From the NCBI GenBank assembly GCA_049724395.1, contig JAUGWO010000069.1:62001-126000 (forward strand): DNA of 64,000 nt, written 5' to 3'. A program made the position numbers and the translations under genes. The stretch is from Spongospora subterranea f. sp. subterranea. Its lineage: Eukaryota. The notes under the pieces were generated by a model. That model ran no database searches. It worked only from the letters and a program-made list of their open reading frames with translations, and was not told the DNA's origin. Shown one piece after another: positions 1-14,065 of the stretch (its first letter is position 1; each line of letters opens with the position of its first letter).

Positions 1-93
1 GAATGATTGGAGATAATTATATTAAGACTGAAATCAGGATGGGCATGGTCAACAATACAGTACCATACTACTGGACAATAAAACGTAGATGTA

Positions 94-1577
94 TCAACCA
101 AAAAGTTGCGTTAGCACTGAAAATATGAGTTTGCGTTAGTAAAGAAAACAGGAAACAGCGCAATAATCTTACTATATTGGCTAGAACATTCAACAACACC
201 AATTCCACACCATTTTGTTCTGCTCAGCAGGTTCTTGCAATGACCCTACGATCGATGCACTTAATTGGATTCAAGTCAAGAATCTATGCTCCTACGGGAG
301 AATTTATCCAGCCATCAACTGCAGCTTTTGCAGCATCAGGGCCGCCCACCCTGATAACAATTATAATAAAACTGAGACAGCAATTACGAACATGTCGAAC
401 CTAGCAAGGTTTTCTGCAGCCATGTTAGATTTCATGGGATACATTGCCACTCTTTCTTTGAATCCGACGTGACTGAAAGCAACTTTTCCCGATGCCATAT
501 CACGAGAGTGATCCGCACCAATATCTGCTAGATATTGATGCCACTTGAGCGGAGGAAGGTTACGAGTTGCACGAAACTCATTAGTATATTGCAATGCTCG
601 CTCCCCAATTCCCTTTAGGATGTAATTGCTATTTGTTTCACGATCCCGTTGAGCATATCTACCTGAAAGATGATGTTAAACCAAAATAGCAAAGGAAAGG
701 GATATGGACCACCTATTCTGGCAATTCGCAACTCCTCTTCTGCATCTGCTTGCGCGAAATCGGCAATAGTGCCCACGCGTTTTCTTCCTTTAGAATGAAT
801 ATATGCTTGATGTTGCTTTTTCCTAATTTCTTTCATCTGTTTTGAGGCGGAAGAATTGACATTGATAATACCACGCCGGATGGTCCCAGTAAGACTCGGG
901 GTGGATCCAGATTTCTTTAAAGCCATATTTCGCTCATGTACAGCAGCCATTTCTTCGCGGGATAGTTTTTGATTTTTTTTTTGCACAACAGGCTTTGCTG
1001 CTGCATTGGTTCCGCATTAACGCAAAAACTTGCAATTTGCAAGTAGAGACAAAAATCGTACCTTGAGAGCGAGGAACTGCAGGAGGTGCAACAGGTTGTT
1101 TCGGTCCAGATGATGAGGAACTTGAAGGTCTTGACGCAACCGTTGGGACTGATGTAGACAATGCATCATCCCGCACTCCAGTTATTTCTTCACGTTGTGA
1201 GCGTATTTCTTCAAGAACTTGACTGGCGTTGAGAGGGTCTGAATCAAATGGGAACCCCATCCATACGTCATCACTTGACTGCGAATCGCCAAGGTCGATA
1301 AACTCCCAGCCACAAGCTGAAAACTGTATAATGCTGGATTGGAAGCACCAAGCAGAATTGCATTACCTTCAAGTGTCTCAACAGCACTGTCGAATTTAGT
1401 CAATTTCTCAAAGAGCGCCGGATTCGATAATCGAATCTGGTGATGCTCCACGTTTGCCCCCGATGAATTCAACATTAAGCGCTCCAAGACCTTTAACGCG
1501 TTTAATGCATCAGCGCCCCCAGCTTCAGCACAAAGATGGCGCAGGCAGGCGCGCAAAGACGGCATCATGGACGCCAT
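94..1577 (-). CDS. PUB-domain + CAP/SCP-domain protein (multi-exon)
   Basis: N-terminal exons are PUB-like (ALKVLERLMLN..HHQIRLSNPALFEKL..LEACGWEF after splicing). C-terminal exons are CAP-like (TNEFRATRNLPPL, HSRDMA, AAENLA, VDGWINSP|GHCKNLL, CGIGV, LTQLFG*). GT-AG introns join the frames. Confidence 0.75.
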
Positions 1578-1900
1578 TCCAACCAATCGCGTGTTTCACC
1601 CTTCGAATGAGCCACGGAATATCGCTATTCAACAACCGATGATCGTCGACCCCGTCGAATGCGCTTGTTTTGAGAGTGATGACAGTACGGTAGTTCAACC
1701 GATGATGTATTGAGGAGTTTCATTATTGTTACGATTCGTCATCACCAGTGACGCCGTCATCAAAGAGACCGCTGAACCTGTACACACGTGATAGCCCAAT
1801 CAGTCGAAACGTGAAACTGATGATGCACCACTGTATTGAGGGCGATAGAGGCCGCTGGTGACAATCGTCATCTCCTGAAGGTGCTCGTCACTCTATTTCG

Positions 1901-4900
1901 ATGCAGCCGGACCAAACAGCGGGTGTCGCTCGTGTCCATATCGAGGGGCAGGGCGGGCGAATATGGCCGCGGGCACCCTGCCCTTCGCCGTCAGGGCTCC
2001 TAACCGTGATATGCCCTGGGCTACGCGCTAGTATTTCAGTGCTCAAGTTTAATGATCGTGGAGATAAATTCACGCTTGGTGATACACGAGGAAATATATA
2101 CTTGTTTCATGCTCTACAAAATAGGTTGAACCCACAATTTCGTTTTCGAGTACTCCTTACGAACGATTCTTGGTTGCTCAGATTCTCTTTGGTTTGTCGG
2201 GCAGGAGCTTGTCCTTCAGCTATCGCTCCATCGCCTTCACCCTTATCAATTGTTGCCATCGCTTTTGACGATGGAACAATTAGAATTCTGGACACTGAGG
2301 GATCAAGCACTAGCGCAACACTAAGAGGTCATCGAGCAAAGGTGACTTTGGAAAACTTCATTGGGATTTGCCTATTAAGTTTTGATGTAAGGTTGTTTTC
2401 TTGTCCTTCCATCCAACTGGACAATTTCTGGCCAGCACGTCCAAAGATAGGGTAATTATTTGGGATGCGCGAGAATGGCGACGTATAAGAACACTAGAAA
2501 CTACGTCATCTCCACTTTTTCAGACGACTTACGGCCCGTCGGGTAAACCGTTTTCAGGTTCATTTTCCTCAAACTCAGTATCTTTTCCGATTCTAGGAGC
2601 CACAATTTTCACCAGCGTTACGGATGAAGGGATCATCGCTTGGGATTCCGTCAAATTTAAGATGCTATATCAGCTGGGCAAAACAAAGCTAGGTCGAAAT
2701 TCAAATCTGGAGGTCGATGCTACGTGCTTTGCCATCAACAGTGCCAATAAATATTTGATTGCCGGAGGCAACTCGCCTTATATATATCTGTGGAGCATCG
2801 ATATTCAATGGTTAAAAATCGCTAATTGTTACTGGGGTGTATCTAACTTTCCTTAGCTTATTGAGAATCGCTGTTATGCCCTCAACAGTTCGGCATTCGA
2901 TCCAAGTAAGGTTTTTGCCTGACGGTGAATGCGCCATGGTTCTGGGTGATGATGGAGTTTTACTTGTATTTAACGTTCTATCTTTGAAAGTCTTATTAAC
3001 CATCAAAGAATCTCATAAAGCCATTCAAGGCAGGACCATTGTTGTTCATTCTAGCATTGTCTTACCGCTTTGTTGTTAGGGTTTGAGATTAGTTCAGGTG
3101 GAAACTACTGTGCATGCTTGATGAGTGATGGGAGCGTATTTCTCTTTGACATGAACAGAGCCTTTGAGGAAGAAGCGCGACTTTTCAAACTTAAGATCAA
3201 GGTTACATCTGATCTCTTGCTATCAGTTTATCTAATCATAACAACAGGGAGGCGAATCTGAAGCGGACGCGATTGCCCGGCTGGGTTCATTACCTGTCTT
3301 CGATCAGAACACCATGGAAGAATTCACATCGCCTACAACAAAGGACTCTAAAATAATAGTAATTTGATAACAATGTAGTTTCCAAATCTAACGATATTGC
3401 ATAGTCGTCTGCCGATCAAAATCGGTTTTCAATAGAACAGTCTGACAATGATGAAGATGGGTACGATAAATCTCGTAAGGATAGTTCGAAATCGTACGCT
3501 GTCGTATCTCCTCTGCAGCTTCCATAAGTTAATACGTCTTTCAGAACCGACAGGTCAATGAACGATAGTGAATCCTCAGCGCTAACATCAAGAATTCAGA
3601 GTAAAAACAAACTAATGGATCCAGCTAAACTGAAATCATTACTGAGAGCTTATGGAGAGGTAACACTTACGTTGAAAGCGTCAATGGACAATAATGGTTT
3701 GACAGTATCCTGCTGAATATCGAAATGTTATTTGGAGATTTCTGCTTAGATTGCCTGAAAACCATGATCAGTTTGCATCGTTTGAACAAAAGGGTACACA
3801 CATCGCACTGAAGAATATCCATGAAAAGTTTCCGTTGCAAGACCGTCGCCTCTTCCGTCGATTAACCCAAGTGTTGTCAGCGATTTATCACTGGTAAATA
3901 ATGTCAAGATTCTCTACACTGAAAATTTCTGACATTGCTAAAGGTCTCCTATTTTTTCTGAAGTTGAGTTCTTACCAGCACTAGTATTTCCGTTCTTACG
4001 TCTATTCCCTTCCGACAACACAGTTTGCTTTGAGATCGTAATATCGATCCTGCTTAACTGGGGTCGCCACTGGTTTGAGTATTTTCCAAATCCGCCAATA
4101 TCTATGCTGAAGGAAATAGAAGACATTCTCCGATACCACGATTCCCCTCTCTTGGCCCATTTTATGGTTAGCGCATAGATATCCTGTGTATTTTCATTTG
4201 CCTCATTTTTTTTCCAGAGTTTAGGAGTCGAGGCATCTGATTATGCATGGCCTCTAATTCACACATTGTTCACAGAAGTCTTTACAAAAACAGATTGGTT
4301 GGTTTTCTTCGATCACTTGGTGTCGAATCGCCCATCATTTGCTCACTTCATGGTTGTCGCCTATCTTCGCCATTTCAGGGCATCGTTGATGACAATGCAA
4401 TCACATAAGTCGATACAATGTTACGATTTTTGTACCATATTTTTGATTAAGTCTTTTTTCAGGAGTATTGAAACATTTTTACGCCACTCAAATTCAAATG
4501 GAGCGAAGGTTGGGAAATTGATCCAGGAGGCATATGTTCTAAGGAAAAATACCCCTAAACATTTGCGGCCAGAAGAGGAGCCCTGGACTCCGATCAACTC
4601 AGGCTACTACCCAGGTATTAATGACTTGGACGCTATGTTTCACGCCTCAGTCAACTTTTACCAATCCAGAATTCTCGAACTACCCGAAATTTGTAGTGGA
4701 TTATCAGCTGAAAGAAAGGCAACGAATACAGCAGGACGTTGACGAAATTGAAAGTAAAAAGTTGACCCTAGAAGAGCTTCAGGTATGAAGGCCAATAATA
4801 TTACCATGCCAGTACACTCACTCGCTTTAGAAAAAGACTGAAGAACTTGAACGGGAGAGGACGTCGTGGCTACACCAGCTAGAATCCTTGCGCAATGCTG

Positions 4901-6839
4901 AAATTGAGAGAAGAGCGCGATGGGTACAAGAAGAAGATTCTAGAATGCGGGAGAGGCAGCGTTTGGATAGACAAGCTCTTTCCCGCAGAAAAGAACAGGT
5001 ATATCTCCTTCTCGTCATTGACAACAATACGTCATGTTTTCGGTAGATAGATGCAATGGCAGTTACTGTGCAAGCGAGACGTAGAGCGGAGCAGGATCAA
5101 AGAATGGCTGAAGAGAAACGAGCCCAAGATGAAGAATCACAAAGACGTTCCAGGGTTGAATACGAGCTTGACCAAAGGTTGGAGGAAGAAGCCCTTTTGA
5201 ACTTAGAATTCCAAATGAAGCAGACAATGATTCAGACCGAAACTGAACAACAACGTCAAGAAGAAAGCCAAAAACGACGGTGACTTCATCGGTTACTTTT
5301 TTGCAGTTTTCGCTGATCATTGTCCTAGGCAAATACTTGAGCAAAATAAGAAAGCTCGTGAATTAAAAATGGCGAAGTTAACCGAGCAGGTACACTTACG
5401 TTCGACAATCTCTCGATATAACCATAGCGGTTTTATAACAGTGGAAGATTGAAGACGAGGAAAGACGAATTCGCCAGCAAGTAATACAAGAGACTAAAGA
5501 CAGGATAAGCAAGTTTAATGTGGCCATGCAAGAACAGCAGATCATTGAAAATCTCACACTGCTTGACGAATTGGATCAAGAAATGGCCATTGCTCGTGTG
5601 GAAAGAGAACGACGAGATTGAGGCACCTGGCTCAAGAAGAGGTAGGCTAAGCAGTCAACGCTCTAACGGTGATGTCAACAAAATTGTAGCTCGAACGCGC
5701 GGTTGATATCGAAGAAGAACAACAAAAACGCACAGAGCTACTTAATCAAGAGGAAAAGAGAGGCAAATTGGAGCTTCTTGAACAGGAACGTCGCTGGAGA
5801 GAAAGGGTATACAAGATGGGCACCATTGATTTTCTAGTCACGATTGTCGCAGGTTGCGCTCGAGCGAGAGCAAATTTTGAAAGCTGAGAAAAGCCGAGCT
5901 GCTTTAGAAGTTGAGAAGCGGGCGCAGCGCCTTCAACAAATGGAGCGCGAACAGCGGCAACGTATTTTCCAAGAGGAATTAAGAAAACGGCATCTTCAAG
6001 AAAAAAACAAACTAATCGAAGAAGAAAAAGAAATGGAGACTGTGCTACTAAGCGTTGATGATGAAGCACGCCGAAGTCGTCAACTTGAGCTAGAGATGAA
6101 GTGGAAAGATGAGCAAATGCAGGAACAGATGGCATTTCAAAAGATTCTCAAAGAAGCCGAATCCCAGGTATCTTGGCTATTTGTGATAGGACGGCCCCGT
6201 GACGTAGGATTTAGATAATTGAAGATGAGAGAAAACGATATGCTGGCCTTCAAGATCAAATGCGCCTCAAGTTTCAACATGAAGAGGAAGAAATAGAAAA
6301 AGAGCATCGGGCAGCACTGAGCGAGCTGGTGTCGAACAGGGAAAAAACGTTTGCAGCGAAAAATGTGCAGTGGCGTAACTCCGTTAGAAGTGAAAATAAC
6401 CGAGCTGCTGAGGCGGAGTACAAAGTATGGCATTTGAGTTGAAAGTTTCAGTTGATTGAATTGTTTTCAGGCGAACATGGAGAAACATCGTCAGAGTAAA
6501 CAGTCGTTCCAAACCGTAAAGTTGGAAGCAGAGTTACGGGCTAACGAGCCCTCATTACCCTCAAGTCTGGACTCCAAGAGTGTTGGAAGTAACTTTCTTA
6601 AAAGACTGTAATTCTGTCGCTTATGAAGGCATTCAGGTTTAAGGGCCGAGTTCCAAGATCTGATTGGGAAACAGAATGATGCCATCGGGCATAAGCAACA
6701 AGCCGGCGAAGAAGTACTAGTTCGCCCAGAAATCTCTGAACAAACGCTTGACGAGCAGGCCGAAAATGTTCTTCAACAACACCAACAATTTCGAATATCG
6801 TCGCTTCAAGTTCCAGTATCACGTGAGTTGCAGCAATAA
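1901..6839 (+). CDS. TBC1D31: TBC1 domain family member 31-like (WD40 + Rab-GAP TBC + coiled coil), multi-exon
   Basis: WD40 exons at 1901-3200. TBC region reads LKSLLRAYGE|YPAEYRNVIWRFLLRLPENH...LPALVFPF...LLNWGRHWFEYFPNPP. Long E/Q/R-rich coiled-coil tail. 3' end approximate. Confidence 0.85.
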
Positions 6840-6963
6840 ATAAATTAATATAGGTATGCAATAACTTTGCGTAAGATTTGCTCTTACAAGATCAAAACCA
6901 GTACTATGAAAGTGATGATCTGAGATCGCTGGGTTGCGTTTATATACAATCAGGAAAATCGCA

Positions 6964-7566
6964 ATGAGCTCCACTTCATCGTTCGCCATTGATGAAGTGT
7001 TCGGAATTATTGACAGCTCCGCTACAGGGCGTATTGATGCCGACAGTAATAGGCAAATTCGAAAGTGTTATTTTATCATACTAAAGTCAAAATCAGACCT
7101 TGTACCGATTCTTACCCGTGCTGGGCTCAGCACCAATCGGAAGGCTGCTCATGAAATGCTCGGAAATAGCTTTGGCGTTAGCTCATTGACTCCAGTGGCG
7201 TTCAAGAGGATATTAGAACATCCAACAACTATTGAGGTAAGAGAGCTGAAACGAAACAGCTAAATTTCATATTTCCGTATAGGCAGAACAAGATACAGAG
7301 GCAGCGGAGCTTTTATGGGCGTTTCAACAGGTAACCATTCTCCACAGAACGACCGTTTTTAAAGTTCACAATAGACTTGCATACCGAATTCGGAATACAT
7401 GAGGGTGTCAACATTGCGACATTTTCTGAAATTGTTTAAGATCGAAATACCGGATGCTCAATTCGATCGGATTTTTGCTGGTCTTCATATCGAAGCAAAT
7501 GGAACAATCGAATATAGGGAACTGATTAATCATATTTTATCAAATCGAAGTTATCTGAGACGTTGA
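6964..7566 (+). CDS. EF-hand (calmodulin/centrin-like) protein, multi-exon
   Basis: EVFGIIDSSATGRID..DL and IFAGLHIEANGTIEYRELI resemble degenerate EF-hand loops. GT-AG introns present. Confidence 0.6.
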
Positions 7567-7661
7567 TAGCGATTACGTATAATACATACCGCGCATAAAC
7601 TATAAAAGAGCATTTCTTGAAATGACTTTGACGTTCCCTTACTTGTGAGAATTGCACACGT

Positions 7662-9140
7662 TCAGACAGATGCCGTGTTGATAGTTATAGAGGAGTGATG
7701 AATCGGTGGCTCAACTTTCTCCTTCACGTACGTATTTCCTTTAGAGGCGCCTGAAGCTACGCTCAAATTGTACATCAAGATACCAAACATTGCAATGCAG
7801 ACTCCAATTATATTGAACAACTGAACAGGATTGCCGAATAATATAAACGAAGAACAGATAATTATTAATCTTCTGAACACGTCTGCAATTGAGTACCCTA
7901 AAAAGCATTTCATAAGCGTAACGAGCTCGTTCAAAAGCAGCGAAATTACTACCAAGGGAGCCGAGCACAGCAATTACAGCATAACTGAGGCGGAGCTCAG
8001 CGAAATAATTGAGTCCACCCAAAGCAAAAAGAATTATTGGGTGAAGGACACCATCATATATTGGAGACTCCGCTGTCCTACCACCGATATCGCTCAAGAA
8101 GGATACCATGCTGATGGAGTAGATTACGCCTAAAAACATAGAAGATATTCCTGCTGTGAACACTTGCAATTGCATTGGCGTAACAATTTGCTGAATCAGT
8201 ATGCTCTTGGCATGCAGATTGAAAAAGGTTTGATTGAACGCTGAAATGAGTCCCAACAGAAATCCGAGAGGATGGAATCCTAGTTCTGTTGAAATTCAGA
8301 TATATCTACAAAACAGCATGCATCTATCTTTACCTGTTGCTGATGCAATGGCAACCCCACCAACGATTGGAATCAATGATATTTTTGTTAATAATGAGAA
8401 CTTCTGTTTGTACAGCAACCAGCAAACAATGCATGTCCAAAAAGGGACTGAAAAGTTTTGTCAATACATTGACAGATTAAACGGCAAAAATACGTACTTG
8501 TGGCTTTGATTGTGTTTAGAAATGATACTGGAATATAAGACATGGCGGAATTATAGGCAACACTCATGCACGTCATTGCAAAGCCTAGAGGAATAACAAA
8601 TCCAAATTGTATCCTGATACTGCGTTTTGGCAATTCTTTAACGGCGGTAAGGCCGCCTATGGAACGGGAAGCCAGCAAAATTGCAGACTACAAGAATTGG
8701 CGATTGTCAGGATATCAAAAAAGAAGCACTAATTACTACTAAAAACGTACCCCAGCAAACAAAACGAATATTTGTTGGAACAATGATAACGCTATAGCGC
8801 TACCCAAATACTCGAGCAGAACCTATTCGTCCAGTTCAGAATGTGTTCAACATATACTGCGAGGGTTACGAACTACCAACATAGTTTAATTTTGCTGCGA
8901 TAATGCTAGAAGAATACCACATGGCAATTAGCAAGACATTCGATGAATACTAAATCAGCGTAAGTCCCCATACAAGCCATCGTGATGCTAGAATGAACAT
9001 ACCGCCTCAGCAAGATTCTGTGTCGGCGACGCCAAAGCGGATGGTGATCTATCATGATTGGATGGGAACGCCTGATCGATCACAGGCCGGCGTAGAAATC
9101 CTTCTAGAACCACATCGGTCGTGGGAGGCGAATCGATCAT
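7662..9140 (-). CDS. Triose-phosphate/SLC35E-family nucleotide-sugar transporter, multi-exon
   Basis: AMSYIPVSFLNTIKAT, GFLLGLISA, and YSIADVFRRLIIICSSFILFGNPVQLFNIIGVCIAMFGILMYN match the TPT family. Start uncertain. Confidence 0.75.
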
Positions 9141-9615
9141 CGACACATTCCTCTGGCTAGTTAATATGGCTGAACTAATCGACACTGAAACTATAAGTAC
9201 AAGCGATACACGATACCAGTAATATGGAACGGGGGGATAAGCACAGTACAACAGCCCATCATGTCTGCGAGACCACAGGCAGATTGGACTCACTCGATCT
9301 AAAAATGGACTTCCATGATGCGCTTGCTGTCCTGTCCCATAAACCGGGATGAAACGTAACAGCTGTGAAAATCGACATTCAACGCCAAACTTTCATAACG
9401 GCACCGTCATTGAAGATTCGTTACTGTCTGGTGTCAGTGTATCGTTTTTGGTATTTGTGTTAAAGTGTTATCGTTATTAGCGGATGTGATTGTTGATTTC
9501 ACTATAGTATTGATTATGCGCATCGTCAGTCATTCTGCATCGTCCGCGATTATAGACTGTGCTCGCGCATCGTCCCGTTGTCGTCGCCGGCGCTCTTCGA
9601 CCAGCTGGATACATA

Positions 9616-12241
9616 ATGTCGATGCCGCACCAAATACAACGATTGACCGAAACGGTTGTTAATCGGATCGCTGCAGGCGAAGTCATCCAAAGGCCATCAG
9701 CCGCCATTAAAGAATGTACTATGATTGTGTATCCAATCGCTCACAAATCATATGAATACGATATGTTAAGTATTAGAAAACAGTATTGATGCAGGCGCTT
9801 CGCGAATAACGATCGTGATGGGAAATTCAGGCGAGTCTCTAGCATTTGCACCAGCAATAGTTTTTTTGATGTTCTTTTTCAGGACTCAAGTTCATGTCCA
9901 TTACAGATAATGGCCATGGAATCAGGAGTGTGAGACGCGAATTTATAACAAACAACTGTATCAGCTTAGTATTGCTCAGGATGATTTTCCTATTGTCTGC
10001 GAAAGGTTCACCACCAGCAAATTACGGGAGTACAAAGATTTGGAGTCTATTAGAACGTTTGGGTTTCGTGGAGAAGCCTTGGCGTCTATCAGTCATGTCG
10101 CTCACATGACAATTATCTCGAAAACGTCTGAAGCAGCTACTGCGTATAAGGCCAGCTTTCTGGATGGAAAAATGTGTGAAGCTCAACCAGCGCCGTGCGC
10201 TGGTCTTCAAGGAACACAAATCGTCGTGGAAGACCTATTCTACAACATAGTACGTGATTTTATATCCTCACATATTGATTCTGATTTTATTGTTTCCTTC
10301 AGCCAATGCGTTTAAACGCTTTAAAAAATCTATTGGACGAGTATAATCGATCTGTTACCGCGCTCACATACTTTGCTGTCCATTTTGACACCATCGGCTT
10401 CACCTTGAAAAAGCAAGCTCGCCAAAGGTCTGACATCAACACTGCCGGAAAAGGAAGTAGAAAAGATGTTATCAGATCCCTGTTTGGGCAGGTTCGGCAG
10501 TATTCAATGTACTACTCGATGTTCATATTGTTCTCAGCCTGTGGCGACAGAGTTAATTCCACTTTCGGGATCTGAATCGAATTCTCGTTACACCCTGGAT
10601 ATTGATGGGCTCATCACCAGCCCCAATTACAGCGGAAAATCTTTGGTTTTTATGCTCTTTGTCAATAATCGGCTCGTTGAATGCAGTTCAATACGTAAAC
10701 GAGTAGAAGCGATATATGCAACGTATCTGCCAAAAGGTGCACATCCGTTTGTGTATTTCCACGTACAAGTTGCGGTAAAACGGGTTTTGTTTCAATTTGC
10801 CGGAAAACCTTTTCATACTGTTTAGCCACATACTGTTGATGTTAACGTGCACCCGACCAAACGGGAAGTGGGATTGCTGCACGAGACCGAAATTGGAGAT
10901 CATCTTGAGCAATGGCTCCACTCGTCCCTCTCGACAGTCAATTCCAGCAGGACCTTTTCAGTATTGACGATTGCTGCTGATGCCACTCCTCAGGCTGGTG
11001 CAGAAGAAGGTATTTTTGATGCATAATATTGCAGACGGATTCCCTAGTTACACGGTCGCAGATCATTTCCGGAAGTTGGCGACAAAAGAGTCGCTTACCA
11101 AAACGACCCCTTCGCGCATCCAACAAGCTGCATCTTCGCAATCGTCTACACCATTTGTTACCCCAAGTCGTGCGATTCGGACAGATCATCTGAATCCTGC
11201 CGGTCGATTGTCTGCGTACTTACAGCACCCGAACATGAAGACCCTGAGTAACTCAACACCTCGAACTCCTGCTGTGGCGACAAGTCAAAAATCTTGTAAT
11301 CTGACAAGCGTGCAGAATCTTTTGGATCAGGTTGAGGTCAATTTGCATTATCTGGATAACTGCATATTCAAATCATATGAACAGATTGAATCGCAATCAA
11401 GCTCGGTTTTTCAAAGTCTTTTCAAAGAGCACGTTTTTGTCGGTTGCATTGATGATCATCTGTCATTGATTCAACATAACACGAAGCTTTATCTTGTTAA
11501 CGTACAAGCTATTAGGTGTGAACTTTACTAAGCTCGTACACTGTATGTTCACTCATAGTGCATAGCAATTTTCTAGTTTATGAACAATGCTTTCGTAACT
11601 TTGGTGCTCATAGACGCTACCGTCTCCGAGCGGATCCTGCTGTAACGATCCTTGGATTATGTCAATTAGCATTGAATGATGCTAATTCTGGATGGAAAGC
11701 GGAGGATGGAGATCGCGACGAAATTGCCCGCCATATCAGTGAATTATTCACAGACCAACGTGAAATGCTCAAGGAATACTTCTCCATTGTTATCTCCGGA
11801 ACCGGAGAGCTACTGGCACTCCCTCAGGTTGGACTTCAATGCTTTTCATCAAGTTCTTATATGTTCATTCAGATTATTCCCAAATACGTGCCCCCGTTAG
11901 CGATGTTGCCTATGTTTATCCTACGATGTGGATCGGAAGTAAGATTTGCCCTCACAGTTCCCTACGTCAATTTATACGCTAATAAGGTCGATTGGAAGAC
12001 TGAAGAGCGTTGTTTCAATGGAATTGCTCGTGAACTGGGATTACTTTATCAAACTAATCCTGGTATGTATTTAAATCCCACTGTTGACGAGACACAGCCA
12101 TCTCTGCAGTGGACAATTGAGCACATAATATTTTCTGCTACCAGGACCGCGTTCCACCCTCCCAAATCGTTTTTCAGTAATGGATCTGTTATCGAAATTG
12201 CCTCGTGCGAAAACTTATATAAAGTATTTGAGCGCTGTTGA
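9616..12241 (+). CDS. MLH1: DNA mismatch repair protein MLH1, multi-exon
   Basis: [60 protein letters not shown], and the C-terminal LYKVFERC*. Confidence 0.97.
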
Positions 12242-12440
12242 TTTCCTGTGCTCAATCTGTGTTTACTTCACTTTATGAATTTGCCATGATAATTATTCAC
12301 ATGTTTTTTTTCTATAAGGGGACCGGTTACACACGTGGAGTACCTCGAATCAATCTCTATCGATAAGTTCAAGGACCTTGTATTATCGACCAGGTTGTTG
12401 TCCGCCCTCAAGTCGACCCGTTTAGTCTCTTAGATTGCAC

Positions 12441-14065
12441 ATGGGATCATGTTGCTCGAAATCGTCTGAGAAAATAGCAGTTCTTGGGGATAGCAACGAA
12501 GTGCGAATTGTGCCTTCCGGACACGGAAACGCAATAAAACATGAATCGACCTTGTCAAGAGATATTGACGCTGAAGTCGCAAAATCAGCATTACAAAGCG
12601 CTCGAGTTAAAAAACTGCTTCTACTCGGAACAGGTCAGAAAAGAGTTTCAATGTTCTGTGCTTGTATCTGATACTCTCGAGCACAATAGGAGAATCTGGA
12701 AAATCAACACTTTATCGCCAAATGAAAAGGATTTACGGGGTGGGGTTCTCCAAACAGGAACTGGAGGATTACAAAAAAACCATTTTGGCCAATACAGTCG
12801 CGTTCATGCTCAGTGTACTGAAAGGAATTCCGAAGCTTCAACCTCAGACCAATCTGAACCTGGATGTGCGTGGTCTCAATGCTATCGCAACGATTTGTGG
12901 CTTATGGAGTTTTTAATGTAGATTAACAATGTCCAATTCAAAAACCAAATAGGATCCTTCGCCGGAACTGATGGGGAATATAATCTTTCAGTACGTCGCT
13001 AGCAAGAGTTGCCAGGTCGATATTGTGACCTCGGCAAATGTATAGGTTGCCACCGCGATCGTTGAGCTGTGGAAGGATCCGGCCATTAGAAATACTTTTG
13101 AATACCGATCGCAGCTACAGGTTTTTCTAATGATTTTAACAAGATAATCCACCCATATTCGCCAGGTCCCGGAATGTGCCAAGTATTTCTTCGATAAAGC
13201 GTTAGAGTTGGCTGACCCAAACTACGTACCTTCAGATACGGTTTAAGCGGAATTCCCCCGTTTACCAGATCGAAATCTGAGATTGTGAACAGGATATTCT
13301 CATGTCTCGGGTTAGAAAACAACTGGGATCTTGGAGACACGATTCAAAATCAGCGGAACCGTGTTTGATATATTCGATGTCGGAGGGCAAAGAAATGAGA
13401 GGAAAAAATGGGTATAATTGGAAACTATAATCTCTGCCAAATCCATAATATCGCGTCTTTACCCTTTCAGATACATTGTTTTGATTCAGTGACCGGCGTC
13501 ATCTTCGTTATAGCACTATCGGAATATGATCAGGTGCCAAACTCCATATCATCGTGATTGTATCATGTGACAAACTTGGTGTGGTAGATGTTATTTGAGG
13601 ATGAGAAAGTCAATCGTATGGTGGAAGCGTTGCAGTTATTTGAAGAAACGGTTAACTCTAAATGGTTTTCTAAAGTGGATATTATTGTATTTTTAAACAA
13701 GATGGACCTTTTAATGAACAAGATCGTCAAAGTGCCGGTATCGGATTACTTCCCTGACTATACAGGAGGTGAAAACACGACGTCCGCTTCACAGTTCGAC
13801 TGTCTCAACTGTAAACCGGTTCAGGACTCAATGCAGAAGCCGCCGCCAACTTTTTCAAGGAGCAAGTTCTCGCCCGAAATCATACCCCAATGAGAGGCAT
13901 TTATTGCCATATGACCAACGCCACAGACGAAGCCAACGTCATCCATGTGTTCAGCGCGGTTAGGGACATCGTCTTGCGGAAGGTGAACTCAATTAATTGA
14001 GATGACACCGACTAAAATCCTACCTTGAATGGTTGTAGGGAATGGCGGGTATTGGGTTGCTGTGA
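12441..14065 (+). CDS. Heterotrimeric G-protein alpha subunit, multi-exon; apparent +2 frameshift in switch I
   Basis: MGSCCS lipidation motif, [40 protein letters not shown] and C-terminal GMAGIGLL*. The frame breaks at about 13311-13318. Confidence 0.93.
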
